Origin: the human T2T-CHM13v2.0 reference genome, Homo sapiens
NCBI RefSeq assembly: GCF_009914755.1
Contig: NC_060926.1
Reading direction: 5' to 3' (one strand)
Length of the DNA stretch: 64,000 bases
The translations under genes were made by a program, and so were the position numbers. The notes beneath the pieces were generated by a model. That model saw nothing but the letters and a program-made list of their open reading frames with translations, was not told the origin of the DNA and did no database searches. Numbering within the stretch: position 1 is the first letter of the stretch; each line of letters begins with the position of its first letter. Shown here piece after piece: positions 1-16,069 of this stretch.

Positions 1-36
1 TGCTCGGATTACAGGCATGAGCCACTGCGCCCGGCC
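1..36 (-). mobile_element. Alu 5' end, cut by the window edge
   Basis: GGATTACAGGCATGAGCCACTGCGCCCGGCC is the reverse complement of the Alu 5' terminus. Confidence 0.9.
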
Positions 37-1519
37 GATGTTGTGTATTTCTTTACATTTCCTTATTGCATTATTTATTGCAAAGTTTGAAAGAGCCATA
101 GAGGAACTGCTGCCCAAATGCCATTTTGAACTGGAAGTCGAGGCCACTGGATTTTTTTTAACCAAATGGGTTCACCCATACTTATCAAAGCCACTGCTTT
201 TTTAGCATGCAGCCTTGATACCCAGAGGATGCCAAGAGACATGAGGTGGCCAGTCCAGGCTGAAATGCGATTTCCTTCTGGCTTGCCAGTTGCTCTCCCT
301 AGCCCTGTCAGCAGCCTGACACTTCATGTTCCTTCTTATTTCTGACTTGGCCACATTTTATGAGCTCAGCTGATTGAATTAGTGTTCCCACTCCCTTCCC
401 AGTTATGTGTTACACATTCTCCAAAGGGTATGGCTAATAACAAGGTTGGAGCTAGAAATGTGTCCTCAAGCAAGAATGTCACGAAGAATCCCTTTGTGTC
501 AACCACAAAATAAATATGGCTCCAGCCTCTGAAAAGAGAAAAATGTTAAGATTTTCCTTTATTTCCTAGAAAGACCTGAACCCCTGGGGGAAATCAGCCT
601 AGTTCAAGCAGACACTGCTCATTAGGTAAAAATAATTAGCCCAAGTGCATCTTGTTCTTGTCTGGAAAAGCAAGATTTAGGAGAGATGCCAAAAGCCTTA
701 ATATCACTCTGGATGTAATCCAGAAGAAAGGGGGAGGCCTCCTTATGTTGAGGACCCTGGTTTCCCAGGCCTTGGGGTGGGATCAGGTGGTAAATACATG
801 AATGTATTACTTCCCATATTCGCTTTGATCAGGAACAGGGAGCAGAGCCAGTGTGAGTAAAGAAAACAGCAAAGAAAAACTTGCAGCTTGCAGCTTGCAT
901 CTCTGGTTGTCAGGCTGCTGTGCCTGCTGTGAATGAAAGGGACGTTGCCCTCCTCCCTCAGCCTCCCTGCAGCCTTTCCTTGCTCTGCAGCCCAGGACAT
1001 CACCAGCATATAATCAATAGCAGCCCACAGGCCACACGGGTGGTCCTCCAGGCCCTTGAGCATTTAGTGGCAGTAATCAATGCAGTGTTCCCCCTAATGA
1101 TGAGAGACATCTGCCCTTGATTGCCCTAGGTTACAATGGCTGTGTCATCCTGTCCTGCCACTTGGGCCCCGAGAAACTACTACTTCAAAGATAGTATAAT
1201 ACTGTGCTTGCTGTGTTTACTCTTTAGGTTTACTTTCCCTTAACTCTAGAGTGAATCCTCTTTGCTGTTTGCCATCTTTTCTCAGATGCCTTGGTGTTGA
1301 GACAACACAGAAGGACATGGTAAACTGAAAAACTGGACCACTGTACAGCTGATGTTATCCTGGACAACGTGTAATCTTTCCTACTGCTCCCCATTCCATC
1401 TTAGCCCCTTTTTCACCTCTTTCCACATCTCTTTGTTTCTCTAAAATTCTGGGTGCAATACGTCAGCTAATTGCCTTTGCATCTTATTTGTAAAATGGGA
1501 TTCCAATATTAAAGAGGAA

Positions 1520-1720
1520 ACAGTGTGGTCGAGGGTAAAGTACACACATTTAGGAAACATCAAACGCCAGCTTCAGACCTGGCCCTGCCATCTGGTAACT
1601 GAAGACTTGGTAAAGTTATTGAACCTCTCTGAACCTCTGTTCCCTTATTTGTAAACTTGGAAACAAGTCATTACAATGCCGAGTCATCTTTCAGTGACAA
1701 TGCATGCATGGTGCTTAATA
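1520..1720 (+). mobile_element. MIR SINE, degenerate
   Basis: MIR core-like text: cttggtaaagttattgaacctctctgaacctctgttcccttatttgtaaa. Confidence 0.7.
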
Positions 1721-1845
1721 TCATTGCTATTATCACCACCAGCTGATTTTTATTATTATTATTATTTTTTTGGTGAAAATTAGATGAGATGTGAAAGTAC
1801 TTTGAATACATTGCTAAATAAGTTGTAAAATATTTGCCTACTTTT

Positions 1846-2137
1846 GGCCAGGTGTGGAGGCTCATGCCTGTAATCTCAGCACTTTGGGAGGCCGAGGCAG
1901 GCAGAGGACTTGAGGTCAGGAGTTCAAGACCAGCCTGGCCAACATGGTGAAACCCCATCTCTACAAAAAATACAAAAGTTAGGTGGGTGTGGTGCTGCGC
2001 ACCTGTAATCTCAGCTACTCAGGAGGCTGAGGCAGAAGAATCACTTGAACTCAGGAGTTGAAGGTTACAGTGAGCCAAGATCGTGCCATTGCACTCCAGC
2101 CTGGGTGATGGAGTGAGACTCTGTTTCAAAAAAAAAA
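1846..2137 (+). mobile_element. AluS (Sx/Sz-like), full length
   Basis: Dimeric Alu from GGCCAGGTGTGG through an A-rich linker to a poly(A) tail. Imperfect TSD ttgcctactttt / ttgcctagtttt. Confidence 0.95.
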
Positions 2138-2371
2138 TTGCCTAGTTTTTACATACAGTAATGTTACATGCATTATGACAGCTTTTAATCTCTCATGACA
2201 TCCTATGTAAACCTTTTTAAATGCAGTGGTATATTGATTTAAATAATATATGTTATGGGGGAACTATACATTTTTATGAATGATTTTGATCATTCTATAA
2301 CTAGTTACAGATTCTAGGCTATATTACATAGTATGTTTTTGGTTTCAAGTGAAGGAAACTAATTTCCTATG

Positions 2372-2737
2372 TAGTGGTGGTCCCCCCTTATCTGTGGGGA
2401 AACACCTAAGACTCCCATTGATTGCCTGAAATCATGTTTAGTACCAAACTCTACATACACTGTTTTTTCCATGTTATAACCAAAACAGATACTAATGGGC
2501 GACTAATGGGCAGGTAGTGTATACAGTGTAGATACACTGGACACAGGGGTGATTCATGTCTGGGGCCAGACAAAGCACCGTGGTGAGAGGTTTTATCATG
2601 CTACTCAGAATGGTGCACAATTTAAACCTTATGAATTGTTTATTTCTGGAATTTTCCATTTAATATTTTCAAACTTTAGTTGACCATGGGTAACTAAAAC
2701 CATGAAAAGCAAAACCACAGATAAGGGAGAACCACTG
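2372..2737 (-). mobile_element. MER44A-like non-autonomous Tigger (TcMar) DNA transposon
   Basis: Terminal inverted repeats tagtggtggtccccccttatctgtgg ... ccacagataagggagaaccactg. Internal ttatgaattgtttatttctggaattttccatttaatatttt is typical of MER44. Confidence 0.8.
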
Positions 2738-2795
2738 TATTTTACACACACATACACACACACATATACAGAATTATATGTATAATATATGTGTA

Positions 2796-3236
2796 TAGTG
2801 ACCCTTGAACAACATGGGTTTGAACTGTGCAGGTCCACTTATTCATGAATTTTCTTCTACCTCTGCCAACCCTCAGAGAGGAAGAGCAACCCTTCTCCCT
2901 CCTCTTCCTCAGCCTACTCAAGATAAAGACAGCAAGGATGAAGACCTTTATGCTGATGAACCACTTTCAGTTAATAAATAGCAAATATATTTTCTCTTCC
3001 TTATGGTTTTTCTTATTAACATTTTATTTTCTCTAGCTTACTTTATTGTAAGAATACAGTATGTAATACATAAAATATACAATATATGTGTTAATTGACT
3101 GTTTATGTTATTGATAAGGCTTTTAGTCAACAGTAGGCTATTAGTTAACTTTTGGGGGAGTCAAAAGTTATATATAAATTCTTGACTGTGCAGAAAGTTG
3201 GTGCCCCTAACCCCTGTGTTGTTCAAGGGTCAACTG
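2796..3236 (+). mobile_element. Tigger2a (MER28)-like DNA transposon
   Basis: TIRs tagtgacccttgaacaac ... gttgttcaagggtcaactg with TA flanks. About 440 bp, and the interior matches the recalled Tigger2a consensus. Confidence 0.85.
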
Positions 3237-3302
3237 TACTTATATATTCATATATATGAATTATACACAGAATTATACATAAAATTCTATATAAGTATAT
3301 AA

Positions 3303-3325
3303 TGTGTGTGTGTGTGTGTGTGTGT
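3303..3325. repeat. (TG)n microsatellite
   Basis: About 11 perfect TG units. Confidence 0.95.
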
Positions 3326-3439
3326 AAAGAACGATGCAGATATAGCTTACAAAAATGTTGAAAAAATGGTGGAAACTAGGAATTAGGGCCTTGGGATTTG
3401 AAATTGGGGGTTCAGTACCACTAGTATTGTCCTTGTCCA

Positions 3440-4400
3440 GTTCTTGTCCTTCTCCACAAGGTGGAAACCATGGTCACTGGTGTGGTCACCAAGCCACTAT
3501 CAGCCAGGAAAGTGTATTTCTCCCAGTGTCTGCATGAGTCATGTGCCCATGCCAGAACAAATCACTTCACTGGGCAATGGGGGCTCATGATTGGCCAGGC
3601 CTGGTGACAGCTGAAGCTCTTACTAGAAGGTGGAAGGAATGTTTCTTAGGCAGATAAGTGCAGCTACCATAATCTCTTACATTCCACTTCATGGCTGCCG
3701 GGGCTTACACTCACCGTCTTTATTTCCATACACACAATTCCAGAATTCCTAGTGTAACACAGCTATCCCATGTGAAATCAAATATGCATGCCCCACCACC
3801 CCTAAAAGGAAAAGATCTCAAAATCACATCCAGTAGCCTCATCTAGCCTGAGACCTGGATGCTGGCTGATGGTCATGTCCAGATACAGCTTCTTATAGTA
3901 TGTCAATTGATGGCTAATTGGTCCATGTAACCATCCCCAACACACTGAATAACCAATAGTGAAGGTAAAACAGGAAAACCACAACAGGAACTCTCATCTA
4001 TAAAGGGGGAACATGAAAACATTTGAGATGTTCTCTCCCAGTCTATTGCAGATCCTCTGCATCTGCGCTTGGTTGGCTGGTCTGGCTACCCTGATGATTC
4101 TCCTGCTGGGAGAACTTTCCCTACTTGTTGACCTCCAGGACCATGACTGAGAAGCATGTAGGAATGTTTCCTCATCAGGGAGCTGCTTTAGCAATGCCTT
4201 TCCTGTTGACATGATTTTGGAGCCTGGGAATTGTTTTAGGAGTGGAGTATTATGGGTTGCTTCTTTCTAAGCTGGGTTTTCTTTGTCACTTTAACTTCCT
4301 TAAAACCCTGCTAAGCTGCCAGTCTATTCAATTCATAGGAAAATTTATAGCTAGTAACCAAAGCAATAAATTTTTAAAATCATGGTCCTTAACACCAGAT
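3440..4400. mobile_element. Old MaLR (MLT1J/K-like) LTR with adjacent internal fragment
   Basis: gagtcatgtgcccatgccagaacaaatcact ... tgattggccaggcctgg resembles MLT1. The downstream part resembles degenerate MLT-int. Boundaries are rough. Confidence 0.4.
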
Positions 4401-5004
4401 CTTACTCATTCCTTTGCAGTTTTCTTCTCTTAGCAACAGGTCTGGGGGCTCTGTCCACTGGACCAGACCTCAGCCTGGCACTGCCATGGTGCAGGATGAA
4501 GGAGTAAGCCCTGATGAGAGACAGAACCAAGCTCCCAATCTTACATAAAGTATCAGAAAATAAAGGCACAGCAACAGCCTCATGTGTGGGAAGGGGGACA
4601 GGGGACTGGTCAGGCTTCGCCCACTTCTGAGGACACTCCCATCCCCTCTCTTACAGATGCTCTGTTCCCACCATTGCCTTGCTTTTACTCACAAACAGAA
4701 TTTAAGTCCCACCCCCACACGTCCTGGATTGCTGGTCACAGGAGAAAGGTCAGCTGCATTCTTCTCTCTTTCTCCTTCTATTATTACGCGGGCTAAGTTG
4801 GACAAGGGCTTGTTTCTTTCTTGCAAGGTCTTCCTGTAGGCCAGAAGTGATATTTAACCAGTACGCCTGTAGGCCCAAAACTGTTTATAAATATGAAAAG
4901 AGCTACAGCCTTAAGCCTCTTTTGCCTCTGAACTACCCTCTACCCTTCCCCACTGCCCTGGCCCTTCCCCAGGACCTCCTGAGGACATCACAATTAGCAA
5001 TTAA

Positions 5005-5119
5005 GGGGCTGGTGTGAGCCAGTCAGTGCCTCAGGGCCCAGCTGCTCATCCCACATCCATTCTGATTGGTGGATTGAGAGCTGTATGAGTTGTTGAAGGT
5101 ATTTTGAATATCACCCCTG
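5005..5119 (-). mobile_element. Small hAT-like MITE remnant
   Basis: Ends in gttgttgaaggtattttgaatatcacccctg with internal ttctgattgg, similar to a recalled mammalian hAT MITE. Confidence 0.45.
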
Positions 5120-6194
5120 CTGAAAGCCACAAGTAGTCAAGATCCATTAATAATCAGAAATTTTCTGCCAAATCCCCTGAAGTTCCATGTAGACATATCA
5201 TCTGAATGCCAACAAACAGTTAACAGTTTAGCTATTTTTTTTTTCTGTAGCGCATAAATGTATCTGAGCCAGAATAGATCACAGTCTATGCCTCAATATC
5301 TTGAGCCAGCCAAGTTTTGTATTTAAGGTCATCTTTTAAAATCTGTTATTTGAACACTTCAGGCTCTAGTTTTTTAAAGTAATTAGTAGTTTTTGACCTT
5401 TAGTAACATAAGCCAACTTCTGTCTAATTTAGGCATAAAACAATATTTATTGGAAACATACTGATAGTTTTCAGGCAGTGAAACAATAAGAAAATTACAC
5501 TAAGTTTTTAATGAACATTCCAGAATTTTTGTATTCAAAAGAATGTTGTAATTGAAAGTGGTCACCTTGAATGATTTTGCATTTATTCCAACCTCACCAT
5601 CATTGCTCAGACTTGGTTTTGGACTGTCTAACTTTGAATTGCTTCCAGAACGTACGTTGTACTCTATCGAATAACTAAATTATGCCAGATTTTTGCCCTT
5701 TGAAGGTGGATTTGATTTGCTTAGAAAATCATTTGAAATCACATTTGGTGGCTGAGGTGACTTATCAGTGGTTTGGATAATAATTTGGTAAATCATTTTT
5801 TAATTTTTTAAATAATTAATTTTTTAATTTTAAAGTCTTTTTTTGTAGCAGAGACTGAAAAGTAGGGGTGAAATGTTGTTTTCTTTAATATTATCTAAGG
5901 TTCTTCCTCTCTTTGCCTGGTTGATGACAGGTTCTTCCTCTTCTTACTAACAGGTTAATGATGATAATTAGTTAGTAATTGGCTGACAATCTTCAGCCAA
6001 CAGAATGTGTGACCAAAAGAGTGACTTTCAGAGTCCAGACTCAACTAGATACTGCAAACTGACCCAAGGGAATAAGGGAAGGGAGCTATTAAGGGAAATA
6101 ACTAAAGACTGCAATTCTACCTAGAGACCAATTTAACCATAAGATAGGGAAGTTGCGGAGACAAGTAGTGACTTCTGTGAGTATGCTGTTCGGA

Positions 6195-6420
6195 GAGTAT
6201 GGCTATGGCAGACAGGGCTTTGGAATAAAGTGGACCTGAGTTCAAATCCTGCCTTCCCTGTGTGGCCTTGAGCAAGTTACATTACCCTCTTGGGAGCCAG
6301 TTGCCCAATCCACAAAGGAGGGATTATCACACCCATCTTGCGGGTTGTTGCGAGAATTACATGTGTATCTTAATTTTAAAAGCCTGGGACAATGCTTAAC
6401 ACATAATAAATACATGATGA
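6195..6420 (+). mobile_element. MIR SINE
   Basis: gacctgagttcaaatcctgcc ... tgtggccttgagcaagttacattaccctc ... gggttgttgcgagaatta. Confidence 0.8.
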
Positions 6421-7656
6421 CACTATTGTCTCACCCACAACAACAGAAATGAGTATGTGTGTTTATTTGCTCTTAAACCCATGCTTGAGCAAAAGACGAG
6501 AAGGTTTGAGGAAATGCCACACTATATTCCAAAGTAATAACATAAAGAATCCACGCGCATGAAACCACACACAAATAAATGCAGGAAGTTTAATATTCTA
6601 TGCAGTCCAAGGTCGATAAAAATGTGTCAAAAGCACGACAAGTGTGAGGTGATAAGAAAGGAAATTGCTTTCAGTGTGAACACCCCCGTTTTCTTTTGCT
6701 TTTCCTCACCCTGGCTTCCCACCACTGTCACTGCTGATTTCCCTGATGGCTGTGTCCACCCCAGTTGCCAGATCTTCACGTCGCTGCAGCAGCCCCCAGG
6801 TAGACAGATCTGACTCACAGGAGCCCAGCAGGGGCCTCTGGGTTCCCACAGCGTTCAAGTTGACATGGTGTAAAGAGGTGTAATTTAGTGTTCAACCTCT
6901 CATCCCTGGGAGCTTCCGCTTTGTCAATGAAGAGTCAACCAGATGCATTTTATTTTAAAATTCTGTTTCCTATAGCAAGTAATTTTCAAAGATGTGCTCT
7001 TTCTGAGCCTTCAAATCATCCTCTTAACCTGAATTTTTTTTTTCTTAGAGCCCATGTTTGCTTATTTTATATTATTTTTTAGTTAACTAATGCTTTAGGG
7101 AACAACTCTCTTGAGATTTATCATCTAGAGAATTGTAGGGGATATCTTTCTCCTGTTTCTAGCCACGGGGTGCTGCAGCTTCCCTCTTCCAACCTGGACT
7201 GAGAGGCAATTTTGATGAGTACTGCATCTGGCCCAGATACTGGGGCCTGACCTGATGTCCCCCAGAGGAGCTCTGCTGGACTCAGATGGGCTTTCCCCGC
7301 TTTCTGCCTCACAAGTTCTCTGATGAAGGAGGAGTATCAGCTATTCATTTTGTGTATGTGGCGCCTGAACCTTCATGGAACATATCCCAGATCGCAGTGT
7401 GCCACAGCCAGATCTCTCATCTGGGTTCTTTTTTTTAAAGTTGGGCCTGAATGGAAATAGAGATGCTGCTGTGTGGTAGGTGGGGGGGAGTGACAGGGCC
7501 CCGACTGCTCAGAAGAAAGTCCCCTTTGTGTGACAAGTGACGCACTCTTGAGGTGTGGCTGCTGGAGCAGGTGGTGGGGATGAGGTAAGGCAGGGTGTCT
7601 GCAGTTCAGTATGTTTCTCAATCTAATGACAAGGCAGTCATTAGAAATTCCCCAGA

Positions 7657-11210
<3,554 letters not shown>

Positions 11211-12293
11211 AAAATGATGAGTTCCTGTCCTTTGTAAGGACATGGATGAAATTGGAAATCATCATTCTCAGTAAACTATCGCAAGGACAAACAACCAAAC
11301 ACCGCATATTCTCACTCATAGGTGGGAATTGAACAATGAGAACACATGGACACAGGAAGGGGAACATCACACTCTGGGGACTGTTGTGGGGTGGGGGCAG
11401 GGGGGAGGGATAGCACTGGGAGATATACCTAATGCTAGATGACGAGTTAGTGGGTGCAGCGCACCAGCATGGCACATGTATACATATGTAACTAAACTGC
11501 ACATTGTGCACATGTACCCTAAAACTTAAAGTATAATAGTAATAAATAAAAAAACAACAAAAAAACCCAACCAAACAAACAAAAAAAGAAATTCTCCAGA
11601 CTGTGTCGTGTGGGTTTCTTATATCTCTGAATTCAGTACTTTTGCTAGTTTTTCTTTCTTGTTCTGTATCTTCTTGGGTATTAAAATACAGTGGTGAGAT
11701 AAGATAAAGAAAGCAATATTAGTCTACTATACCATCGTATAGTGCAAAACTTTACTATAAATTTTTTTCCTTTGGTTGGTCTGGAGTTTCTGTATCACTC
11801 ACCGTCTGCTAAACATTGAAATAAGGTAATCTGCTACTTAGTTTATTTTGGGAACTCTCTGTTCAGAAAAGAGTTGAACACACATCAAGTTTGTTGTTAA
11901 AATAAAGGTACCTGGTGTACTTTTTACAAAAATATATATATATTTCTATAATATCTATCTATCTATATATATAGAAATGACTCATGTCCAGTGATTCATG
12001 ACCACTAGACCAGCCTCTGGATATCAATATTTGAGAGAGATCTTGTTTCTCAGAAACCAGACATGCACTGGTTTGTGGATGATAAAGATTTTTTTTCCAC
12101 ATGGACATTCTGCTGCCTTCTCCCTGCTAACCTCCCAACCTCTGCCTGAGAATTAGGTAGCACATCATAAGAATTACAAACAGCCTCTAGCTTCTCCTGG
12201 CCTCTTCTAACATGATCCAGGCTCCAGATATCTGAATATTTCTTAGAGATACCTTTTATTTATACGTTATTTCAATGTGGTTGAAAACAAGCC

Positions 12294-12620
12294 ACCGGGC
12301 ACGGTGCCTCACGCCTGTAATCCTAGCACTTTGTGAGGCTGAGGGAGGCAGTTTACCTGAGCTCAGGAATTTGAGACCAGCCTAGGCAACATGGCAAAAC
12401 CCTGCATCTACTAAAATGCATAAAAGAAAAAAAAATATTAGCCGAGTGTGGTGGTATGTGCCTGTAGTCCCAGCTACTTGGGAGGCTGAGGCATGAGAAG
12501 CTCTTGAACCTGGGAGAGGGAGGTTGTAGTGAGCTGAATTGTGCCCCTGCGCTCCAGCCTGGAAGACAGAGTAAGACTCTTCTCCAAAAAGATAAAAAAA
12601 AAAAAAAAAATAGAAAAGAA
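12294..12620 (+). mobile_element. Old Alu (AluJ or early AluS)
   Basis: Divergent dimeric Alu with a long A tail. Approximate TSD gaaaacaagcca / gaaaacaaaggcca. Confidence 0.93.
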
Positions 12621-13747
12621 AACAAAGGCCATTCACTAAACAGAATGTTTTGCTCTAGATAATTACAGAGCACAGGCAGAGTGGGGTGTTTATCAGCCAT
12701 GAGACCTTTGCAATTGATCTATTATGATGTAACACATTTTGGAAAGATGATTTTTAAAAACATATGTCCCTGGACTCATGGTAATATGGTTCCAGGCCTA
12801 TTATCACAAATTTGCTCCTTTCTGGTGTTATGCATGATCAATTGAAAGCTACATAATCCTCAGGTGTGAGGTAGTTTTATTCTGGAAAAGCTCTCTTAGA
12901 TTGTATTATGTACCAGCTTATTTATCCTCTAAGTAAAAATGAGCCAAGCATCCAAGGATCTATTAAGCACCTTCACATTGGTCCATTCAAATCCACAGGC
13001 TTTCAGGCATTAACCCATCCCCATAAGAGGCTTCATGAAATGGCTCATCAAATGCCTGGCAACAGAGGAAGCCATCTGGTGAAGGGTGGATTGTGATTAT
13101 AACCCATCCAGATTTGCCTTCTCATCAGCAACAACACTGTTGTCTCATTCGCCCCTATAATTGGTCGTGAAAGCCTAGGGACAAAAGATTGAACATAAAC
13201 CAATCTGACCACCAGGTTTTTTTTGTGTACCTTTTTTTTTTCTTTTTTAAGTTGGGAGCATCCAATCACACTCATCTCTGAGGTTAGAACAATTTACCTT
13301 GTGGAAATCCCCTTCGTCATTGAAGATGAATCTTGCTCAGCTAACTACTTCCCAGCTGCTGGGCAGCAGGAATATTCAGGGCCACCATTAAGCCTACCCC
13401 TCAGCAAAATCTCCCCATGGCTGAAGGCCAGGCAGTTCAACAGGAATCCTACGGAGCAACCACTGCAAAGCTCACTGAGTGGACTTCCAGGCATTTTCAC
13501 ACCCACAGGAAAAATTGCAAGAACCCATAAAGCCATGCTGAGGAGTATAGGACGTCAGGCACAGGTCAGTGCTGATTTCATCAGAGCGCTGTTCAGATCG
13601 CTTGTGCTGCCATTCCTGTGAAAACACTGTTCCAGTCATGTGGCTGAGCAGTGTGTAGACGAACTAGTCTTCCAAATCTTGGCTGCCCACTAGGTCTCAC
13701 ACTTGGGGCTCTTTCCTCATGTGGTTCCACTATGCAGCCAATGTTAA

Positions 13748-13903
13748 CTACTCCAAGCCTAGTTAGCAGACCAGCAGCAGAAGTGTTATGTGGGAGCTTG
13801 TTAGAAATACAGAATCTCAGCCGTACCTAGACTTTCTGAATCAAAATCTGCCTTCTTAAAAGATTCCCAGGGGATATGTATGAACGTTACCATTTGCGAA
13901 TCA
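13748..13903 (+). mobile_element. MER5A-like hAT-Charlie element
   Basis: gaccagcagcag ... gggagcttgttagaaatacagaatctcagcc ... gaatcaaaatctgc ... aagattcccaggggat. Confidence 0.75.
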
Positions 13904-14137
13904 TATAAGTAGAGTATGGCCTCCCAGAACATGTGACCTATTGGAATCACTAGGAGAGCCTAGACTTACAACGTTATGGTAGAGCTTAGAAGTCTCTATT
14001 TAAAACAAATGTTCTAGGTGCTTTTATTGTGACCTGGCACAAGCCTATGGACAGCACCATGGACCAGAGTCTCCCACATGTCCTTGATAATAAGAACAAC
14101 CTGGAGGAGGAGGCTTATTTTTTAAAAAACAAAATCC

Positions 14138-14267
14138 TATGCTGGGCTTAATATCTAGGTGATGGGTTGATCTGTGCAGCAAACCACGGTGGCACACATT
14201 TACCTATGTAACAAACCTGCACATCCTGCACATGTACCCCTGAACTTAAAAAGTTGAAGAAAAAAAA
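14138..14267 (+). mobile_element. Short L1PA (about PA10-13) 3' end inserted in a MER5-like remnant
   Basis: gctgggcttaatatctaggtgatgggttgatctgtgcagcaaaccac ... aacctgcacatcctgcacatgtacccctgaacttaaaa followed by an A tail. Confidence 0.85.
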
Positions 14268-14479
14268 CCCCCAGGCCACTTCCCAGAAATTCTATTTCAG
14301 TTGGATCTTGGGGCGAGATACGAGAATCTGTACTTACTCCCCACACACATATGCACACATACAGTGATTCTTGAAAAATTTGGGAAACACAGGAGTGTTC
14401 TATAGCAGTGACTCTTCAATGTTGTTGTGCAACAGCATTGTCTGGGGAGGCTGCTAAATGTACTGATTCCTGGAACCTT

Positions 14480-14926
14480 TGAAAATAAGGGAAGACTACC
14501 CAGATAGGAACAAGCAAAAGCTATTTATTCAGAGCTCATTACAGCAAGGAAGCCAGCCACTATCACTTGCATTTGGCAGAAACACAAAGGCAGGCGGGGA
14601 AGTGTAAAAGCTGTATAGTGAGCAAAAGGGAAGGGTTCAACTGTGTCCTGATTGGAGGGTGTTGGCAGGGGCATGCCGTAGATGGTCTAACTAAAAGCAG
14701 AGCATCCCATGCAATTGGTTAGGGGTACATATTTGGCTTTCTCCAGCTGGTCTTAAGTTGGAAGGAAGACACACATTAGGGAAGCTAACCAAATCCTGGC
14801 CATTTTGGGCTGATTGCTACAGAGGTTATGGTTTGTTTTCCTGGATTGGTTGCTACAGAGGTTGTGGGTCAGAATTCTATTTTTATGTAGCTCTGGCCAT
14901 TGTCCATTTGTATATTCAGTCTCTCA
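14480..14926 (-). mobile_element. ERV1-class solo LTR (MER110-like) interrupting a MER5-like element (about 14406-15010)
   Basis: TG...CA ends. The minus strand starts tgagagactgaatatacaaatggacaatggccag and contains AATAAA. The flanks rejoin as MER5-like sequence. Confidence 0.7.
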
Positions 14927-15829
14927 ACATCTATCCCAGAATTATTAATTAAAAACAATGTAATGAGGCCTGGACACCAATATTTTAATAAGCTCCCCAG
15001 GTTCTCAAATTGGCTAGCCACACATCTATAGATATCCTGAGTTTTTGCTAACCATCCTACTGCAGTTTCAAAGGTGTCAGGCAGTTTTTATTCCCACTCT
15101 GATTACCACACACCATTTGAAACAAGAACTTCACAGTCAGAGGGGGCTTCTTGGCAGCTTCCCACCATTTATACACATACCCTATGGGTGGTCAGTATGA
15201 TACCTGAATGCCAGAGTTGTCAGCGATCTTACTTTGGGGTGAAACAGGGCAGAAGAATTGAAATAAAGACATCAAGATGCTTTTCAATAAATGTCATCTA
15301 AAGACCAGAATATGAACAAGGAGTTGAATATGAATGAGGAATTCTCTATTAGATAATTACATCAGAATTTCCTAGACAACAATTGTAATCAGATAGGGCT
15401 CCAGAGGGGCAGGCATCCCAGAATCATCCATGTGGAAGGACGTGTAGTTTGAAGAAGCCACCTGGTTGACTGTGATATTCTTCTGTACCCCTTTGTTGAG
15501 AACCACTGATGTAGAGAATGTAATAAACAATTCAGGGGTTACAAACTCCAACACCCACATGAGCCATGAGGGTAACATAAATTGGTAGCATAGCTGGGAA
15601 CCTTAAGCTGTCTTCTTTTGACACAGACCTAACTTGTTTGTTCATTAAGCAAATGGATATATTTTTCACTTCCACAAGTAAACATGTTCTCTCATTTATA
15701 TTGGGGGAGAAAGTTCTCAATCTGCCTTTCATTTTCTGACTTTTGAGATATAATTTTTTAATGATTACTGAGAAAAGCAGCAGCGAAAAAACATCATGCT
15801 AAATGGCAAAGGAAACTCAGTATCAAAGG

Positions 15830-16068
15830 AAGAGCTGTAAATGGTGAGACTGGGCCCAGCTGGAGGCTGGACAGCTGCTACTCAGCTCTGGGGAATTGGA
15901 GTTTGTTGCCTTTTCTGATTTTTTTTTTTAAAGGCAGAAATAGGAGATTTAATATGTAATGGTCTGATCTTTAAATGTTGGCTTAATTTTTATTTAAGAT
16001 TGTGAAGGTCAAACAAATAAGTCTGATGGGTTGGACACAGGCCTCAAGCCGCCAAGTTTGTAACCTCG
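15830..16068 (-). mobile_element. MER102-like hAT-Charlie element
   Basis: tttaaatgttggc ... caaacaaataagtctg ... gccgccaagtttgtaacctc matches the recalled MER102 terminus. Confidence 0.6.
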
Positions 16069-16069
16069 G

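Noticed and set aside
743-1170. 106-aa and 79-aa ORFs, plus two short phrases resembling ERVL pol
   Set aside because: No recognisable protein motif. The two phrases are not spaced as in ERVL, so the match is probably chance.
1671-1958. Alu-derived ORFs (also 12353-12700, 37673-37897 and 44125-44425)
   Set aside because: Typical antisense Alu translations with no gene context.
6675-6805. Long AG-free pyrimidine tract followed by a possible 35-nt micro-exon
   Set aside because: The donor GTAGAC is weak and nothing else supports it.
11376-11410. G-quadruplex-forming G tract
   Set aside because: Standard feature of the L1PA 3'UTR.
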